Of a DNA stretch of 17,854 nucleotides, positions 8,463-15,514 are shown one piece after another; position 1 is the stretch's first letter, and each line of letters begins with the position of its first letter. The translations under genes were made by a program, and so were the position numbers. This DNA comes from Candidatus Aegiribacteria sp. (GTDB lineage: Bacteria > Fermentibacterota > Fermentibacteria > Fermentibacterales > JCC-6): NCBI GenBank assembly GCA_046498225.1, contig JAWOBF010000104.1, positions 1 to 17,854 of the forward strand, given 5' to 3'. The notes under the pieces were generated by a model. That model was not told the DNA's origin. It ran no database searches and saw only the letters and a program-made list of their open reading frames with translations.

Positions 8463-9075
8463 GGCACACCTCCCGGAATGTTTCCTCCAGGATGATCATC
8501 TGCCTGTCGGTGAATACGATCCTGTCCCTGTAGGCCGGATAGTTGGTTATCTTCTCCCAGGAAACGTCCGGGTCCGCCTCCTTCATCTGCCTCCAGTATT
8601 CCCTGAAGTTAGCCAGAGACCTCTCCCGGTCCTTTGAGCCCGGAGGGTCCGTGCAGAGATGGAAAAGGGACTTCATGACACTTCCAAGGGCGTTCATGGC
8701 CAGGTTTTCGTTGTAGGACTTCCGGGTATCGTTCTCGAATTCCTCCAGCTTCACGCTGAGATCGTTGTGGTTTTCCACCGATTCGACCAGCGCCAGCCGT
8801 TCCCTCTCCTCCTCCGCCTTCCGGGCCTGGCCCAGCGCATCGTAGACGGCCGCGCGGTTGCCGTACCTGTCCAGGGCGTCGGCCTTGGCTGAGGATAGCA
8901 TGTTCCCTGTCCTTCGGACCATTAACTTGAACTCACCGGGTGAGTCCGCCTCATCCAGCATGTCCAGGTAGTATTCGCAGTCCTTTATCAGCGCTCTGTG
9001 GATATCGGGTCTTCCCCTGAACTTCTCCAGCTTCGAGGAGAAGTACCGCTTCTGCATCTGAAGGTCCTCGTTCAT
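8455..9075 (-). CDS. Hypothetical helical protein, 206 aa (probable distant paralog of the 346-aa neighbour)
   Basis: ORF with charged, helical composition and AAAGGCGG upstream of ATG 9075. Coupled to the downstream gene. Confidence 0.8.
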   Translation of the reverse strand: MNEDLQMQKRYFSSKLEKFRGRPDIHRALIKDCEYYLDMLDEADSPGEFKLMVRRTGNMLSSAKADALDRYGNRAAVYDALGQARKAEEERERLALVESVENHNDLSVKLEEFENDTRKSYNENLAMNALGSVMKSLFHLCTDPPGSKDRERSLANFREYWRQMKEADPDVSWEKITNYPAYRDRIVFTDRQMIILEETFREVCHG

Positions 9076-9100
9076 GAAAACCGCCTTTCAGGGGTTAATG

Positions 9101-9125
9101 AAAAGGGGCCGCGGAAGGCGGCCCC
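9101..9125 (-). terminator. Intrinsic terminator-like hairpin
   Basis: Minus strand reads GGGGCCGC-CTTCC-GCGGCCCC-TTTT: an 8-bp all-GC stem with a short U-tract, 25 nt after the stop at 9151. Confidence 0.7.
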
Positions 9126-9150
9126 AGCTTCTTTTGAAGTGCTCAGCCGG

Positions 9151-9591
9151 TTACCAGACTATACCAAACAGTCTGTCCAGCATTATCCAGATACCCACGA
9201 TCAGACCTACGAGACCGAAGGTTCCCTGCTGGGGAGAAAGCTTTGACACCATGTTGTCAATTTTGGCCTTGCTGTCCTCATCCTTTACGAAGCTCTTCAT
9301 AACGTTGATACCGAGAAGGATACCAAGGATGAGGAAGAGAAGGATGTAAACTATGGTGGTTATCAGGGCAAGTACAGGCCAGTGCTTCACCCACTGGAGG
9401 TTGGTGAGGAACCTTATCAGGGCGATGATGCCCCATACGGTGGAGATAACTCCCATCCATCCCTGGAAGGGGACGAGCTTATCGATCCATTCCTTGGCCT
9501 CAGGTTTCCTTGAGACGATGATGTGGGGCGCTGCGAGTATACCCAGCACCGCGAGCCACAGACCGTAGAAGAACGAATATGGCACGTACAC
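9151..9591 (-). CDS. Uncharacterised integral membrane protein, 146 aa (about 4 TM, internal duplication)
   Basis: GTG start with AAGGGAG upstream, four hydrophobic segments, and two copies of a K-L-x-P-x-Q-G-x-x-G motif. Confidence 0.85.
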   Translation of the reverse strand: MYVPYSFFYGLWLAVLGILAAPHIIVSRKPEAKEWIDKLVPFQGWMGVISTVWGIIALIRFLTNLQWVKHWPVLALITTIVYILLFLILGILLGINVMKSFVKDEDSKAKIDNMVSKLSPQQGTFGLVGLIVGIWIMLDRLFGIVW

Positions 9592-9672
9592 GAGATCGAC
9601 TCCCTTCTTTCAGCAACGTTTGTAATTCAGCAAACAACGGACGAACACAAAACTAGCTTTGAATGAAGAGAA

Positions 9673-9741
9673 TGCCACCCGGCCCGGACAGGAACACTTC
9701 CTCCTGGAAACCGGGGGTCCCCTCCAAACGGACCTATGACA
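9673..9741 (-). other. Candidate structured 5' leader RNA (three-way junction)
   Basis: P1 UGUCAU/GUGGCA, P2 GGUCC/GGACC, P3 CCCGG/CCGGG extended by CAGGA/UCCUG. It begins at the predicted transcription start. I do not recognise a matching Rfam family. Confidence 0.3.
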
Positions 9742-9747
9742 GCACTG

Positions 9748-9777
9748 ACAATACCACAGCCGTTCCTTTGCCGTCAA
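9748..9777 (-). promoter_or_regulatory. Sigma70-type promoter for the 9151-9591 gene
   Basis: TTGACG (9777-9772), 18-nt spacer, TATTGT (9753-9748), with a TGn extended -10. Confidence 0.55.
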
Positions 9778-9792
9778 GACCGTCACGGAGCA

Positions 9793-9819
9793 TCGGAAGA
9801 CCCCGGGCGGGACTTCCGA
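9793..9819 (-). terminator. Hairpin just downstream of leuD (possible operon end)
   Basis: TCGGAAG (9793-9799) pairs with CTTCCGA (9813-9819), plus an inner CCC/GGG. It lies 5 nt past the leuD stop but has no U-tract. Confidence 0.35.
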
Positions 9820-9824
9820 AGAGT

Positions 9825-10343
9825 CTAGAGCCGCTCCGCGTACTGGAACAGCCCCCCCGCCAGATATATGTCCCTTGCCACGTCGCTCATGGGGCTGCCG
9901 CGGAACACCTCGCCTTCGGCTTCAAGGGTACCCCGCTCCAGGTCCAGCTCGGCCATGGAATGGTGGTGGAACAGACCGTCGGGCAGGCCGGGCATCTCGA
10001 TGACCGGAAATCCGCTGTTGATGGCGTTCCTCTTGTATATCGCCCCGAAGGACCGGGCGGCCACCGCCTGGACGCCAAGGGCCTTGAAGCAGTCGACGGC
10101 ATGCTGACGGGAACTTCCGGAACCGAAATTGTCACCTGCAAGGATAAGGTCCCCGGGAACGGCACCTGCGGCGAAATCCTGGTATCCCTCCAGGTTGCCC
10201 AGGGCGTACTGTCCCATCTCATCGATATCCGTGACGGCAAGGTGCGCGTTATGGTAGATCATGTCGGTATCTATGTCGGAGATCAGTTCCCCGCCGCGTT
10301 CCAGGACCCAGAGCCTGCCTTTGAGTACCATCCTGCCTTCCAT
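9825..10343 (-). CDS. leuD: 3-isopropylmalate dehydratase/homoaconitase-type small subunit (LeuD/HacB family)
   Basis: DIDTDMI, GDNFGSGSSRQHA, SFGAIYKRNAINSG, AGGL. ATG 10343 overlaps the large-subunit stop (TGATG), with AAGGAGG 7 nt upstream. Substrate uncertain. Confidence 0.85.
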   Translation of the reverse strand: MEGRMVLKGRLWVLERGGELISDIDTDMIYHNAHLAVTDIDEMGQYALGNLEGYQDFAAGAVPGDLILAGDNFGSGSSRQHAVDCFKALGVQAVAARSFGAIYKRNAINSGFPVIEMPGLPDGLFHHHSMAELDLERGTLEAEGEVFRGSPMSDVARDIYLAGGLFQYAERL

Positions 10344-11593
10344 CACCTGACCTCCTTCAGTTCGTGGACCGAGGCTATCCTGCCCAGGACCGAGGACGCC
10401 ACCGCAGTGCCGATACCGGAGAGGTATGTGCTTCCCCTGCCCTGCTTGCCCTTGAAATTACGGTTGGAGGTGCTTACCTGGACCTCGCCCTCGCCGGTCA
10501 TTCCTATCTGGCCCGAGGCGCAGCCTCCGCAGCCGGCGTTGCTGAGGATGCCGCCCGCGTCGAAGATTATCTTCAGGAGCCCCTCGTCCAGGAGCCTGGA
10601 CCAGGTCTTCCTGGTGGCCGGGACCACCTTCAGCATCACTCCGGGAGCGACTCTCCTTCCCCGCAGCAGCTCCGCCGCGTAGCTGATGTCGTCGTAGGTA
10701 CCGTTGGTGCAGCTGCCTATGAAGACTCCGTCAACCTTCATGTCGGCCATCTCGAACACAGGAGACACGTTGGTCGGGCTGGGCGGCGAGGCTATCATCG
10801 GGGTGAGCCCTTCGATATTCAGTGTATACTCCTTCTCGTAAACGGCGTCCCCGTCGGCGTAGACCGCCTCGTCCCGGTCCATTCCGAAGTAATCAAGCAC
10901 GTTCCCGTTCGGCGGTATCAGGGCGATGATGGCCCCCATCTCCGTGGCCAGGCTCGATAGAGTGATACAGTCGGCCAGTGACGCCCCGTCCGCCCAGGGG
11001 CCGTAGACCTCCACGGACTTTCCCAGGAGCTCATGGCTGCTGAACCTGCCCAGCATGGCCAGGGCCACGTCCTTGGCCTCGGTGCCCTCGGCCGGTATTC
11101 CGTTCAGCGTCACCTTCACGCTGGGAGGAACTTCGAACCAGACCCTGCCGGTCTTGAAGGCGAACGCGATGTCCACGTCGCCCATGCCCTGCCCGAACGC
11201 CCCCACGGACCCCATTATGTTCAGGTGGCTGTCGGTTCCCACGGTGGTGGTCCCCGGCCGGCCGTACTTCTCCTCGATCACCACGTGGGAACCAATTCCG
11301 GCGTCCACATCGTAGACCTTAAGTCCGTGCTTCCCGGCGAAGTTCCTGATCCTCTGCTGGTTGTCGGCATAGGGGATGGTGTTTGCCGGGACGTTGCAGT
11401 CGAAGGTGAAGAATGTCTTCCCGGGGTCGTCCACCGGTGTCTCCCCCCCGTACTTCTCCAGGTTCGCCACAACGCTGGCTCCGGCGAAATCCCTGGCCGT
11501 CCTGTTGTCTATGTCTATCCAGACCATGTCGCCCGCGCGGCAGTCTCCTCCGCCGTGGGAGGACATGATCTTCTCTATCAGAGTTCTGCCCAT
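10343..11593 (-). CDS. leuC: 3-isopropylmalate dehydratase/homoaconitase-type large subunit (LeuC/HacA family)
   Basis: MGRTLIEKI, GTDSH, GAFGQGMG, [4Fe-4S] ligands in IGSCTNG and GCGGC, STSNRNF. ATG 11593 is preceded by GGAGG. Substrate uncertain. Confidence 0.88.
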   Translation of the reverse strand: MGRTLIEKIMSSHGGGDCRAGDMVWIDIDNRTARDFAGASVVANLEKYGGETPVDDPGKTFFTFDCNVPANTIPYADNQQRIRNFAGKHGLKVYDVDAGIGSHVVIEEKYGRPGTTTVGTDSHLNIMGSVGAFGQGMGDVDIAFAFKTGRVWFEVPPSVKVTLNGIPAEGTEAKDVALAMLGRFSSHELLGKSVEVYGPWADGASLADCITLSSLATEMGAIIALIPPNGNVLDYFGMDRDEAVYADGDAVYEKEYTLNIEGLTPMIASPPSPTNVSPVFEMADMKVDGVFIGSCTNGTYDDISYAAELLRGRRVAPGVMLKVVPATRKTWSRLLDEGLLKIIFDAGGILSNAGCGGCASGQIGMTGEGEVQVSTSNRNFKGKQGRGSTYLSGIGTAVASSVLGRIASVHELKEVR

Positions 11594-12357
11594 CTCTGCC
11601 TCCTGTTTATGTCCGTGTTGAGCCATCTGCCCCTGGGGTCCCTTCCCAGGAGAACGCATTTCAGAAAAGTGTCCGGCAGTCCCTCGTGCTCGTATTTCCT
11701 GGTGTAGGCTTCCATATCGAAGGGGACCCTCTGCCAGCTTACGGCAACCGTCCCGGTTTCCTCGACCAGCTCCAGCACCGCCAGTGTGGATTCCTCCGGA
11801 ATAGTTCCGCCGCCTACGCTCCCGGGGTTTACTATCAGCCCCCGGCGGCTGCTGTGAAGGAGCATCTCATGGGTGTGTCCCACGGCAAGTATGTCACATG
11901 AATTGCGGCTGAGCAGAAGCTGGCAGACCTCGTCCGAGGTGCTGCCGTGAAGGCTTCCGGACACGTTGCCGGGAAGGCCGTGAACGCAGAGCAGGTTGAA
12001 TCGCCCGGTTCTGTACCTGAGCTCAACCGGCAGACGCCTGAGGAACCTCCTCTGCGACGGCGAAAGCTGGTCGGCGGTCCACTGCAGCGATTCGGCGGCC
12101 ATGTTCTCCCAGTGCACGTTGTCGAACGTGTCGCCGGTATCGGGCCTGCCCCTTCCAGCGGCCCTGTCGCAGTTGCCCTGAACGGTGTCCACATTGTGCC
12201 GGACCACGAAATCCACCACTTCTGACGGATACGGCCCGTACTGGACCAGGTCCCCCAGGCACACCACCTGGTCCACTCCCTGGGAGGTCAGGGCGTCCCA
12301 GCAGGCGGAAAGCCCCGGCAGGTTCCCGTGCACGTCCGATATTATGCCTATTCTCAA
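11578..12357 (-). CDS. Calcineurin-like metallophosphoesterase (YfcE/MJ0912-like)
   Basis: IISDVHGN, CLGDLVQYG, QGNCD, VHG, GHTH, NPGSVG. 4-nt overlap with the namZ stop. Confidence 0.9.
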   Translation of the reverse strand: MRIGIISDVHGNLPGLSACWDALTSQGVDQVVCLGDLVQYGPYPSEVVDFVVRHNVDTVQGNCDRAAGRGRPDTGDTFDNVHWENMAAESLQWTADQLSPSQRRFLRRLPVELRYRTGRFNLLCVHGLPGNVSGSLHGSTSDEVCQLLLSRNSCDILAVGHTHEMLLHSSRRGLIVNPGSVGGGTIPEESTLAVLELVEETGTVAVSWQRVPFDMEAYTRKYEHEGLPDTFLKCVLLGRDPRGRWLNTDINRRQRWAEL

Positions 12358-13511
12358 GTCCTGAATTCCCTTCGGTAGAGGAGCGCCTTTCTGACCAGGT
12401 CCCCGTGCCGCTCGGCGTCGCCCCGGGAGAGTTCCATCAGAACGTCCCCGTCACCGGCGTTCACCGCTTCCCTCATTTCGGTACCCCCGGCGAGTATATC
12501 GATGGGCATCTTCCCGTACTCGTACTCGTAGGGAGGGTCCTTCCACCTTGTGGCGGAATGTTCGAAGAGTTCCATTAGAATGCCCAGGCCCGCTCTCAAC
12601 GGACGGAACTCACCTCTGTCGGTCACGTGTATCTCACACCCGTAACATAGTTCACCGCGATGCTTGCCGAAGGTGGGTATGAATGCGTGGGGCCTGAGGG
12701 CTGCTCCCCGGATCCATGGGCTTCCCTCCAGCCTGCGGGCCAGACGGTAACCGTCGAGCCACGGGGCGCCGAAGACGTTGAACGGCCTTGTAGTTCCTCT
12801 GCCCTCCGAGATGTTGGTGGCCTCCAGCAGGCACATGCCCGGGTATACCAGGGCGGTTTCCGGAGTGGGCATGTTCGGTGAGGGATAGACCCAGGGGTAG
12901 TCCTCCGGAAGCTCTTTCCCGTCCCATTCCCGAAGCTCCGCGACCGTGGGGGGCGCGATCCCGTCCAGTTCCGCGAACAGCCGGGCAAGTTCACCTATGG
13001 TAAGACCATGCCGCGGCGGAATGGGATAGAGTCCCACGAAGGACTCGAAACCTTCCCGCAGAGGCTTTCCCTCCACCACTTCGATCCCCAGGGGATTGGG
13101 TCTGTCCAGAACCACCACCGGAATACCCGCGGTGTGGCATGCCCTCATGCAGTACGCCATGGTGTAGATGTAGGTGTAGTACCGGGAGCCTACGTCCTGC
13201 AGGTCCACCACCAGGCAGTCCAGGCCTTCAAGAATGGAAGGGTCCGGCTCCCTGGAAGTTCCGTACAGGCTGTGCACCGGAATGCCGTACTCCGGATGGG
13301 TGTACCCCTCCCATTCTATCATGTTGTCCTGGGTCTCGCCGTAGTAGCCGTGCTGGGGTCCCAGCAGCATTATCACCTTCAGGCCCGGAGCAGCTGCCAG
13401 TACGTCCAGGGCGGACCGGTAGGACATGTCCGCCGCGGCATAATGGGAAAGCAGCCCCAGCGCGGGTCCGGGCAGCATCCGGGGGTTGAACCTGTCCAGG
13501 CCCGTTCTCAT
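12354..13511 (-). CDS. namZ: DUF1343 / NamZ-family exo-beta-N-acetylmuramidase homologue
   Basis: TGLD, GPQHG, SLYG, DLQDVGSRYYTY, VLDRPNP, RHGLTIGELA, PSPNMPT, YPG, EATNISEGRGTTRPF, FIPTFGKH. Confidence 0.9.
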   Translation of the reverse strand: MRTGLDRFNPRMLPGPALGLLSHYAAADMSYRSALDVLAAAPGLKVIMLLGPQHGYYGETQDNMIEWEGYTHPEYGIPVHSLYGTSREPDPSILEGLDCLVVDLQDVGSRYYTYIYTMAYCMRACHTAGIPVVVLDRPNPLGIEVVEGKPLREGFESFVGLYPIPPRHGLTIGELARLFAELDGIAPPTVAELREWDGKELPEDYPWVYPSPNMPTPETALVYPGMCLLEATNISEGRGTTRPFNVFGAPWLDGYRLARRLEGSPWIRGAALRPHAFIPTFGKHRGELCYGCEIHVTDRGEFRPLRAGLGILMELFEHSATRWKDPPYEYEYGKMPIDILAGGTEMREAVNAGDGDVLMELSRGDAERHGDLVRKALLYRREFRT

Positions 13512-13528
13512 GGACCGGAGGCGCTCAT

Positions 13529-14293
13529 TCAGAATTCCAGCCGGTCGCCCCGGCGAAGGATGACCACCCTGTCCCTGAACCTTCTGGCGACGTCCCTCTC
13601 TATCTCGTGCCGCTCCCAGGGTTTCAGGTGAAAGGCGTACACCGGCACATCCGGCTTGCCCAGCTTCTCCAGCTCCCGTTCCAGGAGAGCGGGTGTGAGA
13701 TGGTTGCTGGCTATGGCCACGTCGCTCTTCTTGTCGGGAAAGGATATCTCCGCCAGTATCAGCTTCAGGTCATCGATCTCCCTGCCCTTCTCCCAGATGG
13801 AATCGGTTGGCCCGGTATCGCCGGTATGAAGCACCGAACCGGTGGATGACCTGAAAATGAAACCCCTGGCGCCGGCGCCGTGGCATACCGGCTCCGCCCA
13901 CGCGGAGATCCCCCCGGGAAGCTGGAACCACTCCCTGTCCCTCATCGACTGATAAACGAGGGTAGGACCGCTGGATGTCTTTATCCTGCTGAAATCCGGC
14001 CATATAAGGTCGTTCATGTAGTGTTTCCTGACGATATCCAGGCACGCTTCGCTTCCCATGACCTTCAGAGGCTCGTCCCTGATGGTGACCATGGCGTCCA
14101 TCATGAAGCCCAGCTCCAGTACGTGGTCCAGGTGGGAGTGGGTCAGCAGCACCATCTCCACTTTCTGCTGCTGTGAGGCGGAAAGCATAGAGGCGGAGCC
14201 GGCGTCCAGAAGCACCGACTCACCCAGAAGCATCGAGCAGAGGTTGCATCCGTACTGCTTCGATCCGTCCACACCGATAATGTCCAGGTTCAC
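13529..14293 (-). CDS. Metallo-beta-lactamase-fold hydrolase, class II 3',5'-cyclic-nucleotide phosphodiesterase-like
   Basis: LLDAG, LTHSHLDHV (HxHxDH), NDLIWPDFSRI, TGDTGPTD, EISFP, HLTP, FHLKP. GTG start 1 nt after the alr stop. Confidence 0.85.
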   Translation of the reverse strand: MNLDIIGVDGSKQYGCNLCSMLLGESVLLDAGSASMLSASQQQKVEMVLLTHSHLDHVLELGFMMDAMVTIRDEPLKVMGSEACLDIVRKHYMNDLIWPDFSRIKTSSGPTLVYQSMRDREWFQLPGGISAWAEPVCHGAGARGFIFRSSTGSVLHTGDTGPTDSIWEKGREIDDLKLILAEISFPDKKSDVAIASNHLTPALLERELEKLGKPDVPVYAFHLKPWERHEIERDVARRFRDRVVILRRGDRLEF

Positions 14294-14294
14294 T

Positions 14295-15440
14295 TTACTG
14301 TCCTCTCCCGGTTATCACCCTGGGAAGAAACGGGCTGATCCGCGTTACCACCTCGTAGTTGATGGTTCCGATCCAGTCCGCCATGTTCTCCGCGGTGATG
14401 CTCTCCTCCCCGTCCCTTCCCAGAAGAACCACTTCATCCTCCAGGCCGGCGTCCGGTATATCCGTAAGGTCCACCATTATCAGGTTCATGCACACCCTTC
14501 CGAGGACGGGAGCCCTCTTCCCCCTCACCAGTACGTGGGCCGCGTTCCCGCACTTCCTGTCGTAGCCGTCCGCGTAACCTACGGGAAGCACACCCACCCT
14601 GGAATCCCGGTTGGTCCTGTAGGTGCACCCGTACCCGATGTAGCTTCCCCGGGGAAGCTCCTTTATCTGGGCGATCCTTGTCTTCCAGGAGAGCACAGGA
14701 CGAAGGCGGGGGACGGTCCCTTCTCCGGACCGGGCGGAGAGGTATGTCTCCCGGGAGGGCCACAGCCCGTAAAGGCCGATGCCGGTCCTCAGCATGTTGA
14801 AATGCGTCTCCGGAAAGAGGATGGTGGCGGCGGTGCACGCGGTATGAACTATTCCCGGGGCGTTCCCTTCGCTCCTCAGACGGTCCAGCACCCGGTTGAA
14901 CACCTCCAGCTGGCCTTCGGCGTAATCATGGTTAAGGGTATCCTCGATATTGGCGAAATGGGTGGACAGACCCTCTACTTCAACCCCGGGAATCTGCGAG
15001 GCCAGTTCGATGAAACCCGGCACTTCCTCCGGCAGTATTCCCTGCCTGCCTGTGCCGGTCTCCACCTTGACGTGCACCCTGCATGTTTCTTCGGGGTCAA
15101 GGATCTTTTCCAGCCGCTCCAGGGTCTCCCTGTTGTATACGGTGAGCCTGAGACGGGCGTCCACCGCTTCCCGAAGCCTGTCCAGCAGGACATGCCCGAG
15201 GAGAAGCACCGGTCTTTCGACACCCAGTTCCCTGAGTTCAAGTCCCTCGTCCAGGCTGTTCACGGCGAACCAGTCGGCGGAGGGAAGGAGCGACACCATC
15301 TCACCTGCGCCGTGCCCGTAGGCGTTGGATTTAACAACCGCGCAGATGAGGATGTCATCCCGGCGGGAGCAGGACCTGAGCTGGGTCAGGTTCCAGTCCG
15401 GGGCCGGTCCTTCGATCTCCACCCATTTGAGATGTTCCAT
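14295..15440 (-). CDS. alr: Alanine racemase
   Basis: AVVKSNAYGHG (PLP Lys), VHVKVETGTGRQG, STHFA, RTGIGLYG, IGYGCTY (catalytic Tyr), GYADG, GRVCMN, GTINYE. Start is ATG 15440 or alternatively 15461. Confidence 0.96.
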   Translation of the reverse strand: MEHLKWVEIEGPAPDWNLTQLRSCSRRDDILICAVVKSNAYGHGAGEMVSLLPSADWFAVNSLDEGLELRELGVERPVLLLGHVLLDRLREAVDARLRLTVYNRETLERLEKILDPEETCRVHVKVETGTGRQGILPEEVPGFIELASQIPGVEVEGLSTHFANIEDTLNHDYAEGQLEVFNRVLDRLRSEGNAPGIVHTACTAATILFPETHFNMLRTGIGLYGLWPSRETYLSARSGEGTVPRLRPVLSWKTRIAQIKELPRGSYIGYGCTYRTNRDSRVGVLPVGYADGYDRKCGNAAHVLVRGKRAPVLGRVCMNLIMVDLTDIPDAGLEDEVVLLGRDGEESITAENMADWIGTINYEVVTRISPFLPRVITGRGQ

Positions 15441-15514
15441 GGCATAATCTATAAACAGCATATATTCTCCATGCAAGGACGCGGAACTGTGAATCAACGG
15501 AAAGGAACATCAAC

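Noticed and set aside
6741..9591. radC plus unknown genes as a prophage, ICE or defence island
   Set aside because: No integrase, transposase, att-like repeats or recognisable defence domains. radC is full-length and coupled to a housekeeping gene.
9673..9741. Known riboswitch or SRP RNA
   Set aside because: I could not find the conserved cores of SAM-I, c-di-GMP, c-di-AMP, glycine, purine or fluoride riboswitches, or the SRP domain IV motif. Kept only as an unnamed candidate.
9663..10682. 339-aa plus-strand ORF
   Set aside because: Antisense to leuC/leuD and the promoter region, with no motifs.
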